A DNA stretch of 61,718 bases, filler included, from Choristocarpus tenellus KU-1152 (lineage: Eukaryota > Protista > Phaeophyceae), in NCBI GenBank assembly GCA_964200185.2. It is 13 parts of 13 records of this genome, joined end to end, with 100 filler letters (N's around TTAATTAATTAA, not from the genome) between each part and the next. Parts side by side here need not be neighbours in the genome. Positions count along the whole stretch, not along the records: positions 1 to 2,623 come from CAXNAD020026185.1; positions 2,724 to 6,055 come from CAXNAD020020749.1; positions 6,156 to 8,912 come from CAXNAD020025006.1; positions 9,013 to 12,359 come from CAXNAD020020655.1; 9 more parts are not named here. One strand, written 5' to 3'. This document shows, piece by piece, positions 1 to 12,359 of the stretch; the first letter of the stretch is position 1; each line of letters starts with the position of its first letter. The notes under the pieces were generated by a model that was given only the letters and a program-made list of their open reading frames with translations, did no database searches and was not told the origin of the DNA. A program made the position numbers and the translations under genes.

Positions 1-129
1 GGGGATGACTTCAGCGTGGAGCACACAGGGGTAAGGAAGAGGCAGTTGTCTGGTGAGCTTGAAAACATGCCGAAGGTAGACATGGAGGCTTTCTCTGTGG
101 CTGATAAAATTGTATTGGATGGGAAGTAA
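1..129 (+). CDS. Possible terminal exon of an unknown gene (GDDFSVEHTGVRKRQLSGELENMPKVDMEAFSVADKIVLDGK*)
   Basis: Open frame from the contig start to TAA with coding-like composition. No homology recognised. Confidence 0.25.
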   Translation, partial: GDDFSVEHTGVRKRQLSGELENMPKVDMEAFSVADKIVLDGK

Positions 130-1027
130 TAATAATAAAAAGAGCTGACCCTAACCAGAAATTCATCAAGGATTCCAAATCTTTCAGAAATCAATTTCAT
201 CGACATCTTCAAAAGTTATGGACAACGCAGAACAGACTTATGGCATGGAAGTAGTACATTATTATGCCCTCTGACATTCTGCAGATGTGTCAAGGGGAAA
301 ACTGATGAAAAGTCAATTCAATATCGGACTAACCCCTGAAAAAGTAACAGTTGGCGTAAATGTGAAAGATCCTTTATATCATCTATTTACTATTTTATTA
401 CCAGGTATGTTACACCACTCCACTTCTATGCCTCCCAACCTAAATTAGCCCTACACTCCAGGTCGAGTAGCTAGGGAAGCATCCCAAGAATCTGACAGGT
501 CCCTCCTTGCCCATCTCCCTGGTGTCTCCAGCTTAAACGCTTGACATGTCTTGATAGAGTCATTGTGTTGTGACGGCCACTATCCGTCGTAAACGGTTTT
601 TGACAGCTCCTTTCCTGCTGTAGCCTCCCGCCCCTGTCCCCCCTACCGTATACATAGCCAATTCATCCACAGAATACTCTCTGCTTGCTTACCGAGGCGC
701 CTAAGACTTTCCACTGCAAAGATGGACAACTACCACAGTTCCCCAACCGTACGGTGTTGACTGTGGGTGTGATTCATACTGCTGCTGTACCTTACCCTCC
801 ACGTACTACTCTATTACAAGGACCATACTGCCCAGCTTGTTTTGCTTACGAATTTCAGATTGATTAAGTCCACCTTACTCCTCCTCAATTGACGTCACAC
901 CTCTCACTCCATGCCACACAAACGCCACACCACCACCTTCTTACCATCCCAATTATGTGATCAATCTACACATCCATGCTCCAAATAACTCTGGACAACT
1001 TTCGCGTATCTCCTCATAAACAAATGC

Positions 1028-1524
1028 AAGTCAAAATATCTTAGAGGGTAGAGCCGCGTCTGTTTCGCGCCAAAATCCAATATTGCGATTTTGATGTAAT
1101 TTTGGCTATGATGTTTGTTAGGAAGTGTCAATATCCTTCTTCACACACAACTTTTCATAACATATTGAATGTACGCACAAACGATGATGGAGGGGACATT
1201 CGGGATATTATATGGGGTATTTGACCCGAAGAAGTTTTGTGGAATATTAGAATCGGAATCTGAAGTGTTCTAGAGAACTGTTGGGTCATTTGGTATTCTG
1301 AATTATTAGCAGTAAGGTTTGGTGAGCCGTATCTACTGATGGTGTTTCATTCTCTTCTCAACTCTGATACAAGCAAATAAACACTAATGTAACTGGTTGT
1401 GGGACAACAGATCGTCAAGGACACCTTAACAGAGTAGATAAAATGTCATAAAAACACCCATGGGAAATCAAGCCCGAAAAGGACAAACAGAGCGAAACTT
1501 GTACCCTCTAGGATACTTTCACTC
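1028..1524 (-). mobile_element. MITE family A copy interrupted by a ~266-bp insertion
   Basis: TIRs AAGTCAAAATATCTTAGAGGGTA and TACCCTCTAGGATACTTTCACTC, flanked by tgc/tgc. Internal sequence matches the other copies except 1166-1431. Confidence 0.85.
1166..1431 (+). mobile_element. Insertion in MITE A, possibly a truncated solo LTR
   Basis: Begins TG, ends ...CCTTAACA, has AATAAA near the 3' end, and replaces about 27 bp of the MITE. LTR identity is inference. Confidence 0.35.
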
Positions 1525-1878
1525 TGCAGATATACACTCTCAAAAACCAATGTCTGCAAAGGCATGGGGTTTATTTGCGGGGAGAGGACGGTCGCGTGTT
1601 CCCTGGGGTCCCCTCTCTGTGGTTATGGTGGAGTGGGTGAGGGAGGGCGTGGTGGTCAATTTTTTTCTCTTCTCGCGGCCCTGTTTTGTACGTGTCGTTG
1701 TCGCACGTTCCGTTTGCGGTGTGCGTTGGAGTGGGGAATGGGAGCAAATTCCATGTACGTATCCACTTCCAACCAATACGGTCGCTTTAAGCGCATCTAT
1801 AGTATGAAAATAAACTCAACACGACTGGAAAAAAAAGAGAGGGATCTGTCAGTTTAGAAAAAAACAGATAACCATACT

Positions 1879-2140
1879 GAGTCAGAGTAAACGAGAAGTA
1901 CCCAGAATTGCATTTTGAAGATGGTGACAAATATGTGCAAAGTTTTTACTGTTTTTACCAGTGCATGTAGGATAGTTTCTGAATTGTGTCGAAATTCTTA
2001 AAAACAATACAGAAATTAACTTTCTTGAGTCAATCTTAGCATTTCATCCATAGAAAAAATAGATGAATTTTGGAAGGTTTTAATACTGGCTTAAAATGCA
2101 AAATGCCCAAAACCTGGATATCTCTTGTTTACTCTGGTCC
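1879..2140 (-). mobile_element. MITE family C, complete (262 bp)
   Basis: TIRs GAGTCAGAGTAAACGAGA and TCTCTTGTTTACTCTGGTCC, TSD act/act. Its reverse complement aligns with 19648-19906 and 7484-7989. Confidence 0.8.
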
Positions 2141-2554
2141 ACTACTGTTATAGATCGATGCCAACCTCCTCAAGCATCAAGGGCCTCCATTAGTCAATAA
2201 AGGGGTATACATATATTCTACTGCACTGCTCACTCTACCAACTTCTACCACTACTACTACTACTATTGATACTACTACTGTTAGAGAAGTACATGTAGCA
2301 TTTCTGACCTCAGTATTCCTCTGATAACGACTCATTTATCCCCTCGTTTCTCTGATTGTGAGCAAGGAGTTCGTGGTGGGACCCCACCCTCTCGCCCACC
2401 ATAAATGTTTAGAGTCCTGTTCGTTGTTGCAGTTGAAATATCTAGCGCAGACGTTCCCGTTTGCACCATGTGGAGCAAACACCATCATCCATGACGGTTT
2501 CCCAATGGTATCATGTTTCAGAGTCCGGACGACACCTCATCTTGACAGAACAAT

Positions 2555-2623
2555 GAGTCGAAGTATCTTAGAGGGTAGAGCCGCATCCATTTGGGGATCA
2601 AAATACAATGTTGTGATTTTGAT
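2555..2623 (-). mobile_element. MITE family A, truncated at contig end
   Basis: GAGTCGAAGTATCTTAGAGGGTAGAGCCGC... matches the family A end. Confidence 0.85.
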
Positions 2624-2723
2624 NNNNNNNNNNNNNNNNNNNNNNNNNNNNNNNNNNNNNNNNNNNNTTAATTAATTAANNNNNNNNNNNNNNNNNNNNN
2701 NNNNNNNNNNNNNNNNNNNNNNN
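2624..2723. other. Artificial contig spacer (N44-TTAATTAATTAA-N44); identical spacers at 6056, 8913, 12360, 15154, 19007, 24794, 30495, 37441, 40178, 54070, 58543
   Basis: The same 100-bp structure, carrying a six-frame stop linker, occurs 12 times. Confidence 0.98.
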
Positions 2724-3046
2724 CCACAAAATGGAAAGTATTGCGACCATGCCCCCCATGCCCCCCCTCCCCATACGTGCCTGTAGATACACAGCAAATC
2801 AAACTCAGATGCAGGGGCGCAAAGGGGCACCACGCCCGACAAGAGAGAACAAATCGACACGATCGATTGGTTCAATCCACATCGAGCAGACATGTGGTTG
2901 GCTCATCCATTTCCTCGCACGCACACACACCCCGAACCGAAGTGATCACCATCCAGGGGTAGAAGGGGGGGGGGTTACCGCGATAACGGAGGTTAAACGT
3001 TTTTTAGTTTTTTAAAATCTAAGATGGGATAGGATCTGAACCAGAG

Positions 3047-3843
3047 TCAGTCCATAACAACTCTAAGAATGTAGTCCATCACAACGGCATTGACCGTTTG
3101 AGGGGGTGGCTTTTGATCCCAGGTCCCACAGAGACGGAAGCCGACATCGTCATCCAGATCAATGTAAACCTCCCATGGGCTGTCGTAAGAAAAATTAATA
3201 AAGGGGGGGTGAGGAGGGGGGCAGCGGTGAGCATCACGCACGCCGTAATGTTGTATATCCAAAAAGGCGTTTTGTTTGTTCGAATGTGTAGCGGCAGCTC
3301 TGGTGTAGACTTCGGAGATTGAAAGTGATTGTTTTTTTTAACAAGCTAAGTTCAAACATTGACTTGATGTCCAACAAAAACAATAGCAGCAACATCAACA
3401 ACAATAATAGTAACAATATTAACAACAAAAATAGAGACAAATTCTTGGTGTAAGAATAATTCTCAACAGAGTTAGGACATGAACGTACAGTCGGAACAGT
3501 CTCAAAATACTTCTTTATCAAAAGAAAAATAATCACGCAAGAAAAAAAAAATAGACTAACTACCTACCCACTGGTCAAGTCCACCCTCCCTCCAAACACT
3601 ACCAAGTAACTTCAACACACACAAGAACCGCCATCTCAAGGTGTTATACAATGCACCAGAGGTGGAGGCACCTCTAAACTCTGGGTGGTACTATAGGTGG
3701 TCCAGAGCAGTTGAAAATTTTTTATTATAAATAATCATCTGCAAAAAGTACACCAGGAAGTATCTACCTACTAGAACCTAATCTTCTCATATCTGCAAAT
3801 AATACAGCAGGAATTATGTATACTTTTTAGAATCTCCCTCTAT

Positions 3844-3883
<40 letters not shown>

Positions 3884-5718
3884 AAAAAAACACCCCCCAC
3901 AAAACCACCACAAAACAAAAAAAAAAAANNNNNNNNNNCCTCTCAACCTAATCTTCTTCTTTTTGCAAAAAAAAAAACAGGAAATTTTTTTTATTTTTTT
4001 AATCCCCCCCTCTTCCCCCCCCCCCCCCCCCCCTCGGGCCCCGCCCCACCAGATTAAAATACACATCTGCGACAAATGCACCAAGAAATAATGAACTAGC
4101 ACACTTTACAGCAGAATAACCAACAGCACATTCACACACAGAAACGAAAGAAACACAGAGAGATACACAAAAAGGGTGCTCGAGCTCCAGTGCCACCAAC
4201 ATGTTTACAGTTTGTGCTCTGTAGTGATCTTAAACATCAGAGAGCTATACTCTAGGAAAGACAACAGTCATCAGGAAAACATTTACACTCGAAGCATTGA
4301 TGTTATATAATCCATGGATTAATGATGAATTATGGGCAAAGTAAAAGGGGGTAATGTTACAAGTAAAAAATACAAAGGTCAAACCATAAATATTCATGAT
4401 ACTCGGAAGCCATTTCAAATATTTTGGAACAAAGCGGGAACAATTATGGCAACAACGACCAAGCACTACCCCCCCAAAACCAGCCACAACCCTCTCATGT
4501 CCATGCCCAAGTCAGCACGAGACCTCGTGCATTACCAGCAAACACACACCTGAGCTCCTGTAGAAAAAACAACCATACTTCAGCACCGTACTGTAATGTC
4601 CCAAGAAAACACCAATCCCCCATAATCAAAGACGAAGGAGTTACACCAATATTGGAGGGCGAAGCATACACAAGAAAAAAAAAATGCTTGCGCCCTTACA
4701 GAAGAGTCTCTACTTGGTCTCCCGTCACACTGAACCAACAGAAAGGACTGACTGCCTGACCGCCCCATAACAACCAACCCCTCACCCACTCAACCCTTGC
4801 ATCGCCTCCAACCTCACCTAGGAAACTGCCTTAGCGTAACGACTAGCGCAGTCATCTCCCTCGCCTCCTGGTCCTTTGCCTCCTCCTCCTCCTTGATCCA
4901 TGGTGTCCCCTCCCGGCCATAGTACACCTCCTCAAACGCAGCCATCGCCTCTGCAGCAGCATTCTCCGCAGCCGCCACCGCAGCGGAAGCCATCGCCTCT
5001 TGCTTGGACAACCCATCGCCCTTACCACAATCTATTCCCCTCCCAATTTCCTCTACCCCTCCCCCCACCCCCCACCCCCCCCCACCAACAACACCCGAAG
5101 AAGAAATCACACCCCACGGTCTTCCCTCTACTGTACCCGCCACCATTGCTGCTTCCAAATCCACGTCGTCTCCCAACCGGGCTTCCTTACTCCTAAGCCT
5201 TGACTTCCCCAACCTCATTTCCGCAGCTGCAGCCGCCCCACTTCTCCCAACCATTCCCCCTCCCCGTGCACATTTGAAAGATCCCAAGCTCCCCCCACCC
5301 CACCCCCGCCCCCATCCCCCCCAAGCCCTTCCTCGTCAAAGTGAGCCCCTGCTGGTGCCGCTCTCGCTGCTGCTGCTTTTGCTGCTTTTGCTTTCACAGC
5401 AGCCACCTCCGCCAACCTCCGGGCTGCATGTGCTGCAGCGGCAGCCTCGGCAGCCGAACTCAACGCCTCCTCCTCTGCTAGAACTCCCATCTCAAGGCTA
5501 CGCAGCAGCCTTGCCTCCCCATCCCTAACCCCTGCCTCTTGACTCCAGTCGCCGCATTCGTTTGCAGCAATGCCTCCCACGCCAGGCGGGTCATCCAATG
5601 ATTGGGCGGCAGCAGCACTTGATGCAACTTCTCGGCTGGAAGGGGAAGCTGGCCTCAGGTATTGGATGTGGACTGGTCGGAATTGATACACGGTCTGATA
5701 ATGTTTGAGGTCTGAGGG
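3047..5718 (-). CDS. DUF1995-like (putative plastid) protein, last two exons: 5718-4818 (apparent frameshift in G-runs ~5290-5320) and 3179-3047
   Basis: Polypyrimidine-CAG acceptors and a GTGAGG donor at 4817. The phase-2 junction gives ...TALVVTLRQFP-S-PWEVYIDLDDDVGFRLCGTWDQKP..., and upstream YQTVYQFRP resembles the DUF1995 C-terminal pattern (VY...P; L-R-x-Y/F-P-x-PW-x-V...KP). Confidence 0.5.
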
Positions 5719-6155
5719 CTGGTGCAGAGGGACCCGGAAGAAGGGGTTGGGGGGGGGAGGAGGGTGAGGGGGGAGGAATGGGGCACTAGCACAGACAACC
5801 AATTTGATTAATCAACTATGGAGGGAGTTGAGGTTGAGAGCAAGGGGCAAGACATACGAGCGCAAGCACATTATGGTGTTCAAGGGTTGTTTATGAGTGC
5901 AAGTTGGAACATCCTCTGAGCTTGAAACTATACTATCTCACATAGACTATTTCAAGCTATCTCACCACCATAATACACCTGCTGCCACTTGGGCGCACAC
6001 CACCACAGACCAAAAATAAGCAAAACAAAAGTTGAACGATTTTTTTTTTTTTAATNNNNNNNNNNNNNNNNNNNNNNNNNNNNNNNNNNNNNNNNNNNNT
6101 TAATTAATTAANNNNNNNNNNNNNNNNNNNNNNNNNNNNNNNNNNNNNNNNNNNN

Positions 6156-6198
6156 ATCCCCCTGGTATAGACCCCCCCCCCCCCAGATACTTTGAGTC
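6156..6198 (+). mobile_element. MITE family B 3' end (contig start)
   Basis: CTGGTATAGAC(C)nAGATACTTTGAGTC matches the right end of 35683-35858. Confidence 0.75.
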
Positions 6199-6304
6199 TG
6201 AATATGCAGTTCCTATTCATGAGGTTGGTGCTAAGGTATGGCTACACAAACCTCATGCTTCGGCAAGCGTTCCAGACCCCACCAAGTTGTGGCTAAAAGT
6301 AACT

Positions 6305-6411
6305 GGGGGGAGGGGGGAGTCTACACCATTGTGTCCATTCGGGTCCTGATCAGAAAAAGGGCGTTTACATTTCCATCTGACGCATGCAACCAAATCACCC
6401 AAAAACCACGT
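6305..6411 (-). mobile_element. MITE family B internal fragment
   Basis: GAGTCTACACCATTGTGTCCATTCGGGTC...CAAATCACCCAAAA aligns with 58681-58770. Confidence 0.7.
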
Positions 6412-6676
6412 GCGTGAAGGGCCGGCCAATCGTCGAGAAGTCACTGAAGATGTAGCATATCTTTATCCGCATAAAGACGGTCACCCCCTGAACCAGATTT
6501 TCTCTCTCCAGGCAGAAAAAGACCTGAACCGGATATTAAACAAGGTTTGTCCGATCAACGAACTTAAGGGTCATACTTTGTTGAGGGCATTGCTGGTCAT
6601 GGATCTGAAGTGGGTCGATTTCCCCCATAATTATTCATACCAACTTCAATTTAGAGGTATTGCACCAACTAGTGAT

Positions 6677-6935
6677 GAGTGAAAGTATCTTAGAGGGCAT
6701 GGGTTTTCTCCTGTTTGTCCACTCGGGGCTTGGCTTCCCACGGGTTTATTATGACATTATACCTACTCCAAAATGTTTCGGAGTAGGTAAAATGTATACT
6801 TTCTGAAAAGCTGTGTCCGGAACTAGGATATTGACATCTCCTAACAAACATAAATGCCAAAATTACATCAAAATTGCAACATTGGATTTTGGCTCCTAAA
6901 TGGACACAGCTCTACCCTCTAAGATACTTTGACTC
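6677..6935 (+). mobile_element. MITE family A, complete (259 bp)
   Basis: TIRs GAGTGAAAGTATCTTAGAGGG and CCCTCTAAGATACTTTGACTC; 4-bp TSD tgat/tgat. Confidence 0.92.
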
Positions 6936-7483
6936 TGATGTCTGCGGAAAGTAAAATAAGTACCTCAGGGTGCAGAGATGATTGCAGCATACAGATTACG
7001 ACATAGTGTGGATACTCCCTGTAATAAGAATACATTGATGCTTAAGTCTTCAAAAATTTCCTGTGACCAATGTGTACTGACACCAAAGTCTTTGCAGTCT
7101 TCTCACCACCCTCTGCGACAACAGCCTATGATCGACCACAACCTTCACAAACACACTTGACTCAATCAATTGCCACCATCGTTGTCGAGAATACTCAACA
7201 TGATTTTGCTTTGAACCCTCAAGGTGATGCCCCTGTGATTACATCTACTACCCCTAACATGGGTTGCCGACCGAACACAGCATCGGATTCCACTAGAAGA
7301 AGTAGAGATTTGGGTTTGAATCCTTTTTGAAGGTGAACTCGTCGGCGACTTATCTGTTTAGTTATCAACGTTTGCTACCTTGCAATGGGTACACATAATG
7401 TTAAACCACGCGCAAATTGACATTTTAAAGGATCCAAACACATGGGGGGTGGTCAGAGCTTTATCCCTTCGTGTCAAGCAACA

Positions 7484-7989
7484 TAGCCAAAATAAACGAG
7501 AGATAATCAGGTTTTAGCCGTTTTACATTTTAAACAACTTTTTCATCTATTGTAATTCACCCTTATTTTTACGGATAAAGTGCTAAAATTGACTTGAGAG
7601 TGAGTGAAAGTATCTTAGAGGGTACGAGTTTTTCCCTGTTAGTTCATTTGAGGCTTGGCTTCCCATGGGGTTTATTATTACATTTTCCTACTCCAAAATG
7701 TTTTGGAATAGGTCAAATGTCTATATTATGAAAAGGTCTGTCCGGAACAAGGATACTGACACTTCCTAACAAACACGATAGCCAAANNNNNNNNNNGGAT
7801 TTTGGCCCCCAAATGGACGCGGCCCTGCCCTCTAAGATACTTTGGCTCAGTGTTTATTTCTCTATGGTTTGACAAAATGGGACATGGTTCAGAAAGGTTC
7901 CTATAAGCATTTGTGCATTAAGCCGATTCTTGCATATTTGTCAGCATCCTTAAAATAAGACCCTGAGTACCTCTCATTTACTTCGACTC
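7484..7989 (+). mobile_element. MITE family C copy hosting a nested family A copy
   Basis: 7484-7601 and 7849-7989 align collinearly with 19648-19906; ends ...CATTTACTTCGACTC. Confidence 0.7.
7602..7848 (+). mobile_element. MITE family A, complete (contains a 10-N gap)
   Basis: Both TIRs present; TSD agt/agt. Confidence 0.9.
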
Positions 7990-8643
7990 CCACTTGAAGA
8001 AGATCCCCATGGATATCTTTGTTCATCTCCACGCTTGCTTCACCATATTTTGAAAAAGAGTAACTAATGTGAATGCTCAGGATGGTCAATTTCAGATTTT
8101 TGTCCTGCTGTAGCAGAAAATCGTTAAGATCCTTCGATCCTCTCAATGGTTCTTTCCTTGATAAGATCTTCCTTGTTTTGATTCACTCAGTGGGAGAAGA
8201 TTCTATTCCTGGTAGGTAGGCGCATTATGCCTGCTCCACGAAGTCCAAAAGACTGGAAGTGGAAAACAACTGGACCTCATCATCACTCCAAATCTTCGAA
8301 TATTACAGCTACTAATCAACAATATGTGGAATGTGATAAAGTAACCCCTTTCCCCTCAAGTAAGGATTAGGCAGTGCGCAGATTCCTCTAAGTGGAGTGG
8401 GCAACTCCTTTTATTACAGAAGGACATACGACATTTTGCTCTCAGGGAGGCAATCAATAATCCAGGGCAATGATCCTTCCTAAAACAGGCAAAGTATTTT
8501 TTTGTTTATCACATACTATTTCACTTAGCTAGGGCATTGTGATTTGATCACCACAATGAACCAAGCATCTCTTTGAAACCAGATTTCCTGGGATGATATC
8601 TTCATAACCCCCGAGTTATTAGAAGAAATTATTTCCATCATGG

Positions 8644-8821
8644 ACAAATTTGTGTTTCCAACCCTATAGAGGTCAACCTTTCAAGGGACTCCCTCAAACT
8701 GGTCACAGGAACACACATTGAGTATGATAATTATTTTTTTCTTAACATCATGCCTTTCCACCAAGAACAAATTTTGAGTTCCAACCCTGTAGAGGTTAAC
8801 CTTCCGAAGAACTCCCTCAAA
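8644..8821. repeat. Imperfect ~55-bp direct duplication (8644-8698 / 8767-8821)
   Basis: TTCCAACCCT(A/G)TAGAGGT(C/T)AACCTT...ACTCCCTCAAA occurs twice. Confidence 0.7.
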
Positions 8822-8893
8822 TGACGTGCTGGCCAGCCATTTCCATTTTTCTTGTGTGTAAACAGACCCCACATTTAGTGAGGGGGATGTCAG

Positions 8894-8912
8894 GGGTCAA
8901 AGTATCTGGGGG
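8894..8912 (+). mobile_element. MITE family B-type TIR at contig end
   Basis: GGGTCAAAGTATCTGGGGG. Confidence 0.6.
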
Positions 8913-9377
8913 NNNNNNNNNNNNNNNNNNNNNNNNNNNNNNNNNNNNNNNNNNNNTTAATTAATTAANNNNNNNNNNNNNNNNNNNNNNNNNNNNNNNN
9001 NNNNNNNNNNNNACAGACACCAAGCAATCTCGCCGGGTTTATCACCTTTATCCTCTTTGATGATTTTGGGGATACTTTAACACCACTTGCTTTGTGTTCA
9101 TCATCACCAGCTTCATCAGTGTTGCTTGCATTGCCATTTCCCTTCTCTTACTATTCTTGTTCTTCCTTCGGGGAGTTTGTCCAGACGATTGTTAATCCGA
9201 TTCTCCCAAATCTCCAGCGTGTTTGGGATAACAGTAAGCCTTGTGTCGTTTGGCTCGACAGACATAACAAGATCCTGTATAGGATCCAGAACGGGACGAA
9301 ACAGCGGTAGGACAAGAAGATTGAAAGTGTGGTCCTCCACACTGTCAGCACTCCACACATCTTGACTGCCGATCCTT

Positions 9378-10040
9378 CTAAAAACCAGCAGTTCCACTTC
9401 TCGAACGGGGACCTCCCACCATCATTGCCCCACTATCATTTCCCATCCGTTGTTCAAGCTGTCGTTTATGAAGTTGGTAGGTTTCGCAAACTCGTTGTTG
9501 TAAATCCAACCTCGCTGCTCGTTCGCATTCTGTGACATGTCGAATCTCAATAATATATTCGTCGGTCAAGTAATTGTGCATGACATCACTCGATTCATCA
9601 TCCAGGGATCGCATTTTCTTCACAATGCTGTGTTCAGCTCCTTGATGACTGTGGACGGATCCTCTCCAGCAGGTAGGTGTAACGAATTAAGCTTCAATCT
9701 CATGGTTGCCCTTTCAGTAATATCACTTCTCCTGAAGTGGTTCCTTAAAGCTTGGAAAGCTTCGGAAGGACTGCCATGGTTGCTCACCACTTGTTCCGCG
9801 AACCCTTCCAAAACCATCACCAGAGCAGTCATTGCCATACCCACCTTTTCGATTTCTTGTTCGGACCATCTTGAATCGTCGAAGGAATCGCTGCTGACTC
9901 TGATGTGATCACCAGATAACAACGTATCCTTCCAGTCGCCCGTGGCAGCACAGGAAATAAATTTTACGCAAACATGGTAAATCCATCACTATCATCATCG
10001 CCACCGTAGACCTTAAACTTTGGTGACAGTGGAATCAGTC
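9378..10040 (-). mobile_element. Ty1/Copia gag relic (second element)
   Basis: SPSEAFQALRNHFRRSDITERATMRLKLNSLHLPAGEDPSTVIKEL...LTDEY resembles Copia gag (Retrotran_gag_2 type); broken by stops and frameshifts. Confidence 0.7.
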
Positions 10041-10099
10041 GTCTTAATCAGCACAGATCACAAACCAGTGTTTGACACCCTCCCCTGTTCTTGACATAC

Positions 10100-11720
10100 A
10101 AACTCTTCAACTTCCAGTCTTGTAGATACACGAAGCGTATGACATGGATCTATGATCACATGGGCCAACTTCATATGTTATGTCACTCATCTCAATCCTT
10201 CACCTCACGTTTCTCAACACTGTAATCACTGTCCACATGCCTCTCAACCAATGACCCAAACAATACCTCTAGTGGAACAGCCACATGAGCAGTACGTGTG
10301 GTCGCCTTGGGATAAAGACAAGTTTTACAAAGTACAAACAAACCATGACCTCTCCATTTCTCTGTGAATACCAAATGTATTTTACACCAGTATCACGAAT
10401 CAGTACCTTATCATCACCCTTACATGTCGCCATCATGCCTGATGGTTTGATACTCTGTTTTGTGGCAAATTGTTCACCTCCGTTGATGGGACTACCAACG
10501 TGTCACTCAGGGTAAAACCAATATCTTACCAATGAAGCTCACACCCTATGTCCAAATTTCACATCCCCAAAATCTTCAGATTCCTTGCATCTCCAACAGC
10601 CACGTCACCCTTGCAATACTTGAAATCATCCATCCCATCTTGACCGGTAACAATATGTGAACTTGCACCACTATCAAAGAGTAAATCTCTCTGTACTCGA
10701 CCTGGTGTTTGTTGATAAGTTCTGTGCTATCCCGGGGATGAATCCATGCATTATAGCTTTTTGGTTTGGTAAGAATTAAACCCACTAAGATGAACTGATT
10801 CCACCTGAGTCCCGTAAGTACCAGTACCACTCCCACCATCCTTCTCCTCCTGTATCTCCCTTCAATCGCATCCTGCGCGCTTCCCACCTGTTGTCAACCT
10901 CTCCATTCATGATTCCTTGAGTGTCTTCTTCAACTCTCCTTTGTATACGGTATGATTCCAGTACCCTCTTCACCAAGTCAATCTCCCTTCTTTTGATGTT
11001 TGAGTCAAAGTAACTTAGAGGGGAAAGCGGCGTCCGTTTGGGGGCCAAAATCCAATGGTTCGATTTTGATGTAATTTTGGCTATTGTGTTCAGAACATAC
11101 ACATTCCCCTACCCCGAAACATTTCGGAGTAGGGGAATGTCACAAGAGACCCGTCGGAAGCCAAGCCCCTAAAAGACAAACAGGGCAAATTTCTTAGCCT
11201 CTACGATACTTTCACTCTTTTGTTTTACGCTTCTCCATCAGTTACTCTCTCTACATACTAGAGTGCAGCGCGCTCATTTCCTCCCAACTACTTCCACAAT
11301 CCCTCAATGTTGGAGTAGTAGTCCATGTAACTTGAGAAACGTTGGTGAAGTACCCTCGCCCACAACATTTCGTAGCTTATTTATTTCCTGTCACCAGGTC
11401 GCCATAGTTGCCATGTCTGTAGGTGCTAGTGTTCCTCCAGTAACGTCCACGCTTCACTCAGTGACTCGTACAAGTCAACGATGGTCTGAGCCTGATCCTG
11501 GCACACCGAGTTCAGTGCTGCCAGGGTCGTGTGTGATCCAAGCACATCCCATTCATCGAAGTCCATCTAATCAAAATATTGCACATCACTCGTATCGGTT
11601 TGCTCCTCAACAGAGCATTCTTCCACCTTCACTCAAGAGCATATGGCAGCAACCTCTTCTTGAACTGCAGGTACCCTTCTCTTTTACCATCCCAGTCGGG
11701 AAACTTTTTTGAAAGCATTG
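10100..11720 (-). mobile_element. Degenerate Ty1/Copia gag-protease-(pre)integrase relic
   Basis: Gag-like FPDWDGKREGYLQFKKRL (~11700) and EAWTLLEEH (~11450). Protease FDSGASSHIVTGQDGMDDFKYCKGDVAVGDARNLKILG (10678-10565). CKTCLYPK...VPLEVL (~10330) resembles the pre-integrase/integrase start. Confidence 0.75.
11002..11217 (-). mobile_element. MITE family A, internally deleted, inserted in Copia gag
   Basis: Both TIRs present; TSD ttt/ttt. Confidence 0.88.
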
Positions 11721-12318
11721 TCAATTGGCACCTCTATCCAATTCTTTCAGAATTAATGCGTTTAGTTCCTTGTCGAGTCTGAGTTGCCAACATCACTCAA
11801 TGTTCTCGCGATCTCATCTCTTTATCTGATCTCACCTATGCCGCTCAACTCAGCACTGTCCTCTGTTGGAATCTATGCAACCGTTTTTCTCAAGCGCCCA
11901 CCAACCCTGCTGGGCCGCTTGGATTCCTCTAAAGGGGTCTCCCCCACTCCCCCCACCCTCAATGGCAAAGTTTCCGACACGGGCTGATTTCTTCCTCGCA
12001 AGTAGACAACAACATCAACCCTCAATACCAGGATTAGATGCGTACTTTATTGTGGTCTGCTATTTTGAGCCCTTTCCAATCTATGATTGTTCCCGTCAGT
12101 AGGCGCTTAGGTCTGACACAAGACCAAGCCCACTGGAGTAATCATCTTCGTTCCTACCTCAAGAAACACGGCCAAATGCTTAGGTGAAGACAGAAAAATA
12201 TACATATCAATCCTGTATCAGTTCGCCAAACCTCCTAGCTTGCTTGAGACAAGTGGGCACCGGCTCACTCAATGACACCAAATACATAACCTGACTACCT
12301 TGGCTAATACACCAAAAT

Positions 12319-12359
12319 GGCTCAAAGTATCTGAGAGGGGGTGGTGGCTGTCCACTTGG
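12319..12359 (+). mobile_element. MITE family B 5' end at contig end
   Basis: GGCTCAAAGTATCTGAGAGGGGGTGGTGGCTGTCCA matches the start of 35683. Confidence 0.75.
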
